From Bispira polyomma (Eukaryota): a stretch of 64,000 bases of DNA. Positions 50,538-60,459 of this stretch are shown piece by piece. Within the stretch, counting starts at the first letter, position 1. Every line of letters starts with the position of its first letter. The translations under genes and the position numbers were made by a program. The DNA lies in assembly GCA_965649765.1 (NCBI GenBank), contig OZ287761.1:13392001-13456000 (forward strand). Reading direction: 5' to 3'. The notes below the pieces were generated by a model, which was given only the letters and a program-made list of their open reading frames with translations, did no database searches and was not told where the DNA came from.

Positions 50538-51615
50538 TTATGTGTGAAGATTAGTAGTATTTTTTTTTTTTTTTTTTTTTATAACAGAATAGACTGAAAA
50601 GTGTGTGGAATAAGAGTGAGATTTTTTTCCAGCCTGAAGATAGGACCAGACCGAGTCTGAAGTCCAAGTGCCATGAGCTTGTAAGCACTGAAGAGGGACA
50701 TTATGTTGGAACAGGAGAGAAGCCCCTGACCTTCTGAACGCATGGAACCCCAAAGTGGAATTGTTGAGACCCAAAATGACCAAAATACTCTTTAAAACCT
50801 GTCGAATTTTAACATCGGTCAATGGTTGATAACCAGAAGCACCAGGTACTACAAACAATGGAGTAGCCAAAGGGGCTGGAAACTGACTGTACATATCAGA
50901 AATGGCCTGCACAGGGCATAAAACGGAACCAGCCAAACGTGGCAGCTGTAACTGGACATTGGTTTGACGACTTTGCATGGTTTTAGTCCATTTAACACTG
51001 ATAACTAATCCTGGGTCTTGGAACTTAACATCACGCCTGAGTAGCAAGCGCTCATTATCATACATATATACAGAATGTGACAGTAAATTGCTAATGCGAA
51101 ACAAGCCAAAAAAAGGCTATCAGAAACACTGATTTATAGACACTGCCCAATGGTAGCGTGTCACATTGGTAACAAATCTTTTTAAGATCTTCAACCCCAA
51201 AAATGTCTTTTACCGTTATATTCCTAGGAATATTATTATTAATAGACCTAAGTAACATTGTTACCTTCACATGGTTGAATACTTCCAGGTTCAAGCCAAA
51301 ACGCCTAAAGTAATGTTTAAGTGCCGAAAGATAGTTCTGAATGGTAGGATAGGACAAGTGCCGTTGCACAAGATGCTCAATGTAAGCAAGGATAACACTA
51401 AGAGAGTAGTGTGGGTGAGGGACAGAATGGCTAACACAAAACTTAAGAAAATGTGACAAGGAACGAATGTAAAACGCCCTAGTTCTGGGTTGAAAGGCGG
51501 AATTGGCTCGAACCTGAGCAGCAGACAGAAGTTGATGTAACCTTCGGGAACCTACAATACAAACAAATATACATGAGGACTTTAAATATCCCAAGTGAGG
51601 GCCGTTGCATGACAA
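50538..51615 (-). CDS. Tyrosine recombinase of the Ngaro element (frameshift in the A7/T7 run at 51108-51114)
   Basis: Core-binding part (AYIEHL...TIQNYLSALK), then FRISNL, KWTKT, LCPV, HAFRRSGA and HGTWTSDSVWSY. Confidence 0.88.
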
Positions 51616-53090
51616 GGCACTTGAGTGAACTGTGTCTGAGGAAACAAAGAATGGAACTTATTCTTTTTAGAAGGATCCGAAAATCGAGATAACAGATCCG
51701 CCCCTTTATTGTCAATGCCAGGGATATGGCGAACTTGAAGGGTAATGTTATGAGCAGCTGTTAGCAACCATATATGTCGAGCCGCCTTAAGAAGATAGGG
51801 GTCTTTACCTTTATTGAAATTCAACATATTAACCACTGCATTGTTGTCACAATAAAGAACTACATGCGAGTTAGTAAACGCAGGCAACCAGGTAGTAAGA
51901 GCAACGTATACATTAAGCATCTCTAGATGCACAATAATAGAAGGGTGATCAGATATCTGATCCAATTCCACATGATACCCAAACTGTTTATATACTGCCC
52001 CCATGCCCGAGAGGCTGGCATCTACATATACTATTTCACTATTACGCACAGGTGTATCATACAGCACTACTCCATTGAACTGACCAAGAAATTGAACAAA
52101 CCATTTCACATCAGCAATAAAAGATTTAGGCAATTTAAACCGACCAGTATCAGGGCACGTACGCAGGACGTGCAACATGCGGTTAACAAAAAGTCTAGCT
52201 GGTCGTACACATTTGCTAACATATAAAAGTTTACCAACAATACTTTGCACTTTGTTCTTAGTAGCAAAGGTTTTATGACTCCACTCAAGACAGAGAGCAA
52301 TAGTTTCTGTAAGTTTTGCTTTAGGGAGACTGAGAGTGCCTGCTGCAACATCAATTTGTAACCCTAAGCACATAATAGCTTTACTAGGAGATTCTAACTT
52401 AGATTGACTAATAGGAAGACCTAGGTCTTTGAGCAATGTGAGTAAATACGTGAAAGCTGAGGTCGCAGCCTCAAGAGAACTATGAATACCAATTATGTCA
52501 TCAATATAGTTGTATACGACATAGCCTCGCTGAGCCATTATATACCGAATGCCGTCTGTCATTCGCTGGCAATAATGACTACCATGTCTTAACCCAAAGG
52601 GTACCGCCTTATCAATGTAATAGTGATTCTGCCAATGCAGTCCTAATAAGTGATAATCATGAGGATCTATTCGCAAATTACGAAAGGCTCGCTGAAGGTC
52701 CACCTTGAACAAATAACAGTCAGCACCACATTGCTTGATACAATCCACCATATGATCCATCGTAGGATAAGTAAGTACAAAATCCGTGTGGAGAAATACT
52801 TCTTTGGAAACACTAGCATTAACTGAGTGCTCTCTAGGCCATGACAAGTCTATGATAACTCTCCGATTATGCGAATTTGGTTTGTGCCTGGTTAACATGG
52901 GTGAAGTGTGTAAACCAGGAAAGGGGGGATCTCTATAAGGGCCTTCAAGTGCATCGTTTGCACATTCAGTTGTAATATAGTGTGTAATATGATCAGGGTA
53001 GTTACCCGCTGAAGGGTGATTTTGCTGCGGTTCAGTTAAGATAGACTTGTCCTGAGCATCTATGGGAAACCCAAATTCCAATAATTCCAC
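51582..53090 (-). CDS. Reverse transcriptase plus RNase H of the Ngaro element
   Basis: NHPSA, RRVIIDLSWP, KVDLQRAFR, PFGLRHG, NYIDD; VDASLSGMG, HLEMLNV, YCDN, HIPGIDNKGADLLSR. Confidence 0.95.
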   Translation of the reverse strand: MELLEFGFPIDAQDKSILTEPQQNHPSAGNYPDHITHYITTECANDALEGPYRDPPFPGLHTSPMLTRHKPNSHNRRVIIDLSWPREHSVNASVSKEVFLHTDFVLTYPTMDHMVDCIKQCGADCYLFKVDLQRAFRNLRIDPHDYHLLGLHWQNHYYIDKAVPFGLRHGSHYCQRMTDGIRYIMAQRGYVVYNYIDDIIGIHSSLEAATSAFTYLLTLLKDLGLPISQSKLESPSKAIMCLGLQIDVAAGTLSLPKAKLTETIALCLEWSHKTFATKNKVQSIVGKLLYVSKCVRPARLFVNRMLHVLRTCPDTGRFKLPKSFIADVKWFVQFLGQFNGVVLYDTPVRNSEIVYVDASLSGMGAVYKQFGYHVELDQISDHPSIIVHLEMLNVYVALTTWLPAFTNSHVVLYCDNNAVVNMLNFNKGKDPYLLKAARHIWLLTAAHNITLQVRHIPGIDNKGADLLSRFSDPSKKNKFHSLFPQTQFTQVPCHATALTWDI

Positions 53091-54928
53091 CGAGTGTCAT
53101 AATAATCCTTCAATAAACTACGCCACACTGGCATATTAAGAGTAGAGGGGACTGGTATCCGAGGATACAAAAAATTAAAACAACCTGCTTTCTGATTGAG
53201 GAAACCATGCAGTTGTACTGCCGAGGTACACCGGGCAGGACTAATAGCCCTGTCAATAGGCATCAGCTGTGCACTGAGCGGTAAGTAACCATAATTAAAC
53301 TGTCCCGGATACTGACAAGTGACATAAGTGCCATTATAATAACTAGGTAAACTAGTAATCTGCTGTACTGCACCACCTATGTGCCTACTAGCAGCAGAGT
53401 GCTGCGCAGCTCTACATTTACTAAGTATACTGACTATGAAATTACAACACAAGTGCTGAAGTGCAATAAACAAGAGCCAATAAGACCGATTACCATACAC
53501 CATGATAAGCACCTTACAGATGCCATTAATATGATATATAACAGAGCTAACATATAACCCTATCCCTAACCAGAATTTAACTAGCTGACCAATCAAACAG
53601 AGCAGCCGGCTTACTTGGCCCATGAATTCCTGCAGTTTAACATAGTACAGGGAATTGACATTTCCAAAGGAAACTAATGACTGTGCAATACTAAAGTCAA
53701 CACACTTGTGTAACCAAAAATTCAATTGACAAGTCCATAGGTGATATAACCAACCCATACATTTATAACCAATGTAGGTGCTATGCAAAACACCCCTACT
53801 CGAGCACACACACCCAACACTAGCGGTATACTGAGTGCCAGTAATATTGTTGCCTATACTACCAAGCCTGTGAGCCATAGTACTGCCCACAATAATAGTC
53901 TGAAAGTACCTGTCAAAAAGGTGACTAAAAATATGTGCAACCCGTACATGAACCAGACATTTAGTTTTATAATAAACTGTGAAGTAATACCAAAGTATTA
54001 AATAAATGCACCATTGAAATAAGTTACCAGGAAAATGAAGAACAGTTTTAGCTGGAAACTTTATACATTCACTGCAAGTCGCAATATTGCCAATTAAGTG
54101 AGACAAACTGTGAAGCCCACCAAATACGGAAGTAAACCCGCCAAGTGAACAGCTAGTATTAATAAGCCCAGACATAACAATAGCCTGACACACGCGAGAT
54201 ACAACTACAGGAGTTTTGTGTAAACTGCTAGCTTTAACCAGACTAAACATAATAACTCGACACGCGCGAGCTAAAACCATGTGCGTTTTGTTTACTAGCC
54301 GATGAAGGACACGAGGAAAACCTCGAAGTAAACTGCCGGCCTTAACAAACCCAGACATAATAATCCGACACGCGCGAGAGAAGGCCACGTGCGTGTTGTA
54401 TACTAGCTGACAAAGTACCCTGCTAGCTTTAACAAACCCAGACATAATAGTCCGACACGCGCGAGAGAAGGCCACGTGCGTGTTGTAAACTAGCTGACGA
54501 AGTACCCTGCTAGCTTTAACAAACCCAGACATAATAATCCGACACGCGCGAGATAAAACCACTCGTGCTCTACCCGAGTTACAGCCCGAAGCCGGTGGAT
54601 TTGTGTCTAGGATTTTACCGCCAAAAGCTCCAGCTTCTGCCTCGAGGCGCCCCCCAAGATTACATGCAATAGTATCTGATCTACTCACATGGTGAAAGCC
54701 AAGGGCCTTCGTTTTAACTAACAAACTATCAGTGTTGCAAACTGAAACATATTTATGTATTACAACTCTCTGCCAGGGATAAGTCTTAGCTGGAGAGTAA
54801 AATAAAAAGGCCTGCCCACCTTCAAGTGGACTGTCATACAACCCCACACAGGGTAATCTATCCAACAAACAATATACACATATAACTAAAAATACTTGAT
54901 TATGCTGTAAACACATTGGCACGAACAT
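53060..54928 (-). CDS. Long N-terminal part of the pol frame (joined to RT by a frameshift near 53091); function unknown
   Basis: 622 open codons. The C-terminal RIPVPSTLNMPVWRSLLKDYYD is the usual lead-in to ELLEFGFP of these RTs. Confidence 0.6.
   Translation of the reverse strand: MFVPMCLQHNQVFLVICVYCLLDRLPCVGLYDSPLEGGQAFLFYSPAKTYPWQRVVIHKYVSVCNTDSLLVKTKALGFHHVSRSDTIACNLGGRLEAEAGAFGGKILDTNPPASGCNSGRARVVLSRACRIIMSGFVKASRVLRQLVYNTHVAFSRACRTIMSGFVKASRVLCQLVYNTHVAFSRACRIIMSGFVKAGSLLRGFPRVLHRLVNKTHMVLARACRVIMFSLVKASSLHKTPVVVSRVCQAIVMSGLINTSCSLGGFTSVFGGLHSLSHLIGNIATCSECIKFPAKTVLHFPGNLFQWCIYLILWYYFTVYYKTKCLVHVRVAHIFSHLFDRYFQTIIVGSTMAHRLGSIGNNITGTQYTASVGCVCSSRGVLHSTYIGYKCMGWLYHLWTCQLNFWLHKCVDFSIAQSLVSFGNVNSLYYVKLQEFMGQVSRLLCLIGQLVKFWLGIGLYVSSVIYHINGICKVLIMVYGNRSYWLLFIALQHLCCNFIVSILSKCRAAQHSAASRHIGGAVQQITSLPSYYNGTYVTCQYPGQFNYGYLPLSAQLMPIDRAISPARCTSAVQLHGFLNQKAGCFNFLYPRIPVPSTLNMPVWRSLLKDYYDTRWNYWNLGFP
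54159..54553 (-). repeat. In-frame tandem repeats (periods 87, 87, 108 and 75 bp) in the pol extension
   Basis: 29-aa unit SRACRIIMSGFVKASRVLRQLVYNTHVAF. Confidence 0.85.
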
Positions 54929-55127
54929 TTACTACTGTAATCAAGCCCAAAAGGCAAAGATGTCATGTTAAAACCATAATCACTGCAATTGAAATTACTT
55001 TTAACAACTACTGCTGATTGATCAGCCACATTTAATTGACATGTTTTACTTATTTTAACCATTTGTGTAATGTGAGATAGTTCATTATGCCCATTAGCCC
55101 CTTGCAATAATTCACAATGACCATTAT

Positions 55128-56432
55128 TTATTGTCGGGCTTTTTCTCCGCCGTTTTTTGCCTTCTTGTGCTGACAATCTATTTCTCTATGCGGGTAAGGA
55201 CGACTTGTACTAGCCATACAATAAGCACAAATATGCCAGTTCCAAATGTTACCTATTTTGTGATCTGTACCCGAATCACACGAACCATTTTGGAATTTTT
55301 CACATACTTCTTTGGCATTGGCAGTAGAGTGTTTAAACGCACCTACACTGGATTTGACATTAGCTACTACTTGCCTTTGCGCAAATTGCCTACGAATAGC
55401 ATTTACTTTATCTAGTTCACCCCAAGTGAGCAGGCCGTCTTCCATACTGCATAGGACTACTCTATGAGCGCCTTTTGCCACAGCCCAGCGGAGATCCAAT
55501 GCATTCTGTAGCAATTCTGTTCCGTAGTTTAACATGTTTTGCTGTATTGCGACATCCGGTTCTTTAAGTATGCAACGATTAAACCCAACGGACCACTGAA
55601 GCAGAGTAAGTTCGTCATACGTGACTCGCTTACAATCACTGCCAATAAAGCAAAGGTCATGGGGCCAGTAAATGAACTTCTTACATGGGGTTTCCCCCCC
55701 TACTCGGAATTGACCTGACTTGACTTTCCTGTTATTAACAACCTTGTTACACATACCAAAATCAAGCACTTGCTCTTCCTGATCCTCCATTTCGAGTAGG
55801 CGACGTTGAACTTCTCGTTGAATTGCAAGATCTGACTTAGCTTCTGCACAGGAAGCTACAGTTTGTAAAAGTTCAGCTGACGGGAGCACCCCTCCCAGTG
55901 AGGGGCTGCCCTTTCGAGGGTTATTCGATACTATATTGGCAGAAACGCTTGCATCTGAAGAAACACCCACATCTGAACTTGTGTTCGCGTGTTGTATAGT
56001 ATCGACCCGAGCTAAAAGTGTAGTATTAGCCTCGTGTAACGTAAGGACTGCCTGTGTGAGCTGGCCTAGCTGCTGCGTCATGTCATCTGTCACCATCTGC
56101 TGCTGTACCCCTGCACAACGGACACCCGAAACGGCACCTTGAAGGCTAACATCTGCTGCACTAGTAACTCTGCCAGCACTGCGAGTAGTAGGTCTTCTAA
56201 CAGGAAACGTGAGCTTGCTGGCCGCCTGCTTGCTGAAATCTGACTGACCACATTCTTGGGCTCCTTCAGTAGGAGCAAACAAGCTGTCAGTAGTCTTGGC
56301 TTTGCCTTTCTTTGCTTTAACCACTGTAGCGAAAGCTGCCTGATCAGGGGGAATAACAACCCTGCCAGATCTACTAGCTACAAGTCTGCCGGCACTGACT
56401 GAACTTTTAGTTGCTTTCTTACAAGGCCTCAT
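55128..56432 (-). CDS. Gag-like ORF1 of the Ngaro element
   Basis: First ATG at 56432; coiled-coil-like segment, KVKSG...WPH, and a C-terminal Cys/His finger CEKFQNGSC...HICAYC...HREIDC. Confidence 0.85.
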   Translation of the reverse strand: MRPCKKATKSSVSAGRLVASRSGRVVIPPDQAAFATVVKAKKGKAKTTDSLFAPTEGAQECGQSDFSKQAASKLTFPVRRPTTRSAGRVTSAADVSLQGAVSGVRCAGVQQQMVTDDMTQQLGQLTQAVLTLHEANTTLLARVDTIQHANTSSDVGVSSDASVSANIVSNNPRKGSPSLGGVLPSAELLQTVASCAEAKSDLAIQREVQRRLLEMEDQEEQVLDFGMCNKVVNNRKVKSGQFRVGGETPCKKFIYWPHDLCFIGSDCKRVTYDELTLLQWSVGFNRCILKEPDVAIQQNMLNYGTELLQNALDLRWAVAKGAHRVVLCSMEDGLLTWGELDKVNAIRRQFAQRQVVANVKSSVGAFKHSTANAKEVCEKFQNGSCDSGTDHKIGNIWNWHICAYCMASTSRPYPHREIDCQHKKAKNGGEKARQ

Positions 56433-56599
56433 ACTAACACTGTGAAACACTGGTTTAAAATTAAAGTAATAACACGGCTAGTTCTTCCCAAAATAACATT
56501 AAATTTCCTGTGGCACCAACTGGGAGAATAGTTCAACTAGCAAGCAATCTTGATGGTAACTTAATCCAAGTTCTTATCACAAACATAATGTTCTTTCAC

Positions 56600-56742
56600 A
56601 ATAAAATTTAACACATGCTTCCCAGTTGGTGCCTTCGTCGAACTGCAATGAGGCACGCGCTTCACCACAGTACTCGATGCGTCATACTGCCTTACGTCAC
56701 TGAACTCGTTTGCTACCTTCTTACGTCATCGCAAACCTACTA
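56600..56742 (-). repeat. Split direct repeat A1 (5' end, probable promoter region)
   Basis: Copy of A2; contains three CGTCA motifs. Confidence 0.93.
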
Positions 56743-57829
56743 TTATCGTTCAATTGCTCGAAACCCCCCCAAAATATTTAAAATTCAACGCCTATATTTA
56801 GGTCGGTGGTACATTAATTAATATTTTAGTAGCGATCAATTATTTTGATCAGTTTATGGTTTCCATTCAGCTAATATTATTTTATTTTTATAATCTTTTA
56901 AACTGTAAAGACCCTGATAACTTGCAAAAATATTCAGTCACATGTACACACCATGCATGTCACACTTATAGATTGACTGTATTTAGGCTGAACTATCAAA
57001 TTGAAATCAGGTAGTCCGGCAGATTACCACCATTTTTGTGAAATATCGACCCCTGAAAATAATGATAAAATACCAACAAATAGGGCAACATGAATAACCC
57101 TTGGTCACAGGTTCATGCTTAAGGGTAAACAGATGGGTTGGTATTCCCAAATCTGGTTGCTCTATAATTCGGGATACAGTAAACATACATGTATTTACAA
57201 TCTGACTGCATATTTGAATTCAGTGCTGAAAGCTCTATCAAAACGAATGGTCGCAAGTATAGGTTATTTCCATGTACAATGATTTCCACACATGGCCTAT
57301 ATTTTGAGTTGAGTATGACTTCAAGGTTTAAAGCAGGAGTTTATTTTGAGAAATACCAGCCCAGACACATAGACTTCCGCATTAAGGGACATAATAATAA
57401 TACCATAAAATATGAAATTACATGCCAGACATTTTTATCATATTTTAAATTAAGTTTAAGCGAATATTGAAACCTTAATTTTAAATTTTAGAAGCAAGTT
57501 GATCAAATCACTATAATTTAAGAGTATATTTAAAAAATATAGGTCCAATTAATGTATTATGTATACTTCAGGACTTATATACTGAGCTGTTATATAGCTC
57601 ACACAATACCACTATAATAATTGCTAATATTAGACAATCTCAAATAACTTCAAATAAGAACAACTAATTTAACTAAAAAGGTAATTCTGAAAAAGAAAAA
57701 CTAATTTAACAGTAATAAAAGGTAATCCTGATTGGACATAGGTTAGAGTTATTAAAGTAAATGCCTAATGAAAAGAACAACACAAAGATCTCACATTTTA
57801 CAACCGAGAAGCAAGTATAAGAAATAGTT

Positions 57830-58260
57830 TACTCAAAACACAGTTGTATCAACTTGCTTTTCCGCCTTACACTCCCGTCTCCTGATCATGACTGAGCCTT
57901 TTCCCCCCTATTTGACTATTCTTTTGCTCTACTGATTGGGCCCCAGGAGTGTGCACCACAGAGGATGTCTCAGGCCATCGATTGTTGCGCTTATAGAAGT
58001 AAAAACATTACCATTAAATAAAACTACATACACAAAATGTGCTCTTATACTACAGCTTACGCCACCCATTCACAATCGTCTAGCAATGCCAACGTCACGC
58101 CTCAAAACACATTTGTATCAACTTGCTTTTCCACCCTAACTTTTTTTCTCCTAGGTACGATTGAACTCTGACTACAAACCTTTACTGATTGGGCTGGGAT
58201 GTGCGCCACAGAGGATACCTCAGGCCATCGATGTTTGCACAGTAACATTAAAACGAAACT
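57830..58260 (+). mobile_element. Two short L2-type 3' end remnants
   Basis: LKT(Q/H)LYQLAFPP at about 57832 and 58101, each followed by a similar tail (ccacagaggat..ctcaggccatcgat). Confidence 0.6.
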
Positions 58261-58411
58261 CATAAACACTCAATGCCCTTACTCCAATACTACATCTTCA
58301 GCCACCCGTTCACAATCCTCTAGCAATGCCACCGTAACACCCGTACTCTCGCCTGTTATTCCTATAACATTAAAACAAAAAACTTAATATAACACACACA
58401 ATGCCCCTTAC

Positions 58412-59009
58412 TTATACTAAATCTTCAGCTACCCGCTCACAATCCTCTAGTAATGCCACTGTCACGCCTGTGGTCTCGCCTCTATTTACGTTGTCCGACT
58501 CCCTCCCCCTCCTCTTACTATCTAATAAGAGTCTTCCGCCATTTTCTGCGATTCCGACATCACCCGGCTTCTGACTTCTGTCACCCCTACTAGTCAGTTT
58601 CTGAAGCTCAAGCACTTGCTGCTGTTGCGGTTGCTTTTGCTCGTGCGGTTTAAAATCGGATTTACAATGATTCATCGCCACGTCTTCGCTTGATTTGATG
58701 TTCCTCACGGACGTGGACTTCATGGACGTTTTGCACAGGCTCTTGTCCTTGTTGAACTTTGTCAGTTCCTCCTCGTTCTTTATCCGCCGGTAGATGAAGA
58801 TGAACGCCAAGAGGATGATAATGAAGGCAACAAAGACGGCAAACGACACAGCCAGAATGGTTGGCAGTTGGTCCTTTTTGGGACAGCCGATCTCCGACAA
58901 TGTACTCCTCAGCATGGTGTTCTTGACATTGTAAATCCAGTCGGCCGCCTTGTCGTTGCAGATCTCTCTCGTCGAATCTCGCACGCAATCAACCAAGTCT
59001 TTCATGTGA
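58412..59009 (-). CDS. Last exon of a single-pass membrane protein with a Cys-rich helical (DUF19/CPG4-like) ectodomain
   Basis: ctttag acceptor, phase 2; CSHMKDLVDCVRDSTREICNDKAADW...GC, TM ILAVSFAVFVAFIIILLAFIFIY-RR, tail ending EDLV*. Confidence 0.8.
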
Positions 59010-60317
59010 CTAAAGAGATGGGAGGAAAAGTGATAATTATCAATCTTTAAATAGTGATTATAATTAAGAATGTAATGCTTTTCCTTATGTTTGTGCCATG
59101 CTAAAGATAATTAAGAGAATCACACATTGAGAGACAGAAGGAAAATATAAACATCAATCTTTACATATACTTGTACTCCTTTAATATATATTACTAAAAT
59201 GGAGTCAAAAGTAGGGGTTAGATGTCTGCAACATTTTGCTTGAATAGCGTGATTGAATAAACAAAAGAGAATTCCGAAATTGCAGGCTTTTTACTGCAAA
59301 CGAGTAACAAACTGTATCAATTGATTCATAAAAACAGTTTTTACGTTGGTAAACTATTGAAATTTGAGAGTTTTTAGTACTTTTCACTTGTTTCAAGGAA
59401 TAACGCACATATTGTTTTGATTTGGTTTTAATTACCTTCTGTTCTTAAGGTTGCATTTGGCAGTAATTGGGTTATTCTTTGGGCAGTATCCCGGAATCGG
59501 AACGATTTTTCACAAGTGATATCCCGACCAAATTTTTGCCACCATCTCGCCCTAAGTGATAAGTGATTTTAATGAAGACTTAAATGCTTTTCCTTATGTT
59601 TGTTCCATGATAAATATAATTAAGAGGAACACATATTGAATTCCCAAATAGACACAATTGTGTAAACAAATATATCTTTATCTACATTTTGTTTAATGTA
59701 TTGAAAGATATATAACTGTGATTGTAAATGTTATAACCTGTAATGTATACTGTATTACATTTTTCAAATTTTAAAAAGACACTTAAGACAGAAATAAAGG
59801 TTTGTGAAAAAGGTCATTTTGACACTGGGAAAATATTTAAAAAGAGTTTTTTTGGCTATTGAACTTGATACTTTTGGTAACAAGAAGATATATCTATTGG
59901 TGCTCTAGGAAAAACTTTCTACTTATTATCTATTACTTGCAGAAGGAAGCAAAAAGAAAATTTTTAGAACAAAAAAAAACTCTATAATCAATTCTCAAAT
60001 CGATATCTTTAATAAAAGGTGGTTAATGTGGGAAAATATTTTTACAGGTATAGACATTTAGGAAAGAAGACTTCAGAAAATTTGAGGTTTGAAACAAGGC
60101 TTTACTTTTATTTTTATTTTTCTTCCGAGCATTTCTGTTATTATTTTTTAAAAAAATTCAATAAATATGATTTTTTAGTGTGCAGACATTGTTAAAACAT
60201 TTTATATGTTTGGTTAGGTGAAAAAAAAATATTTAAAAAGTGAACTGCCTACTAAACTTTTTATACAGTTTCACCTACCAGGTGAGTAGTTAGTGAGGTC
60301 ACAACAGGGGTCCTTAC

Positions 60318-60459
60318 CTACACAAGTACTCCTTCTTAGTACTGATTGGCTCATCAATGGCAGACACCTGAGCCATGTTGTAAGTGAACGTGGCATTGCA
60401 GTGCTCCACCTTAGTCAGGAGCTCCTTGTCCTCATAACACGGCCTCACAAGCTTGTAGT
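60318..60459 (-). CDS. Penultimate exon of the same membrane protein (absent from the ORF track); earlier exons not identified
   Basis: ttccag|ACTAC...TGTAG|gtaagg; YKLVRPCYEDKELLTKVEHCNATF...KKEYLCS; phase 1/2 joins exon 59009 in frame. Confidence 0.8.

Larger units (their letters stand above)
49871..56742 (-). mobile_element. Full-length Ngaro-type tyrosine-recombinase retrotransposon (DIRS order)
   Basis: Split direct repeats A1 56600-56742, B1 50324-50524, A2 50183-50325 and B2 49871-50071; gag, RT/RNase H and YR in order; no methyltransferase domain seen after RNase H. Confidence 0.92.

Noticed and set aside
53060-54928. Calling the hydrophobic ORF an env gene
   Set aside because: No signal peptide, furin/fusion-peptide layout or recognisable fusogen pattern, and it runs into the RT lead-in motif.
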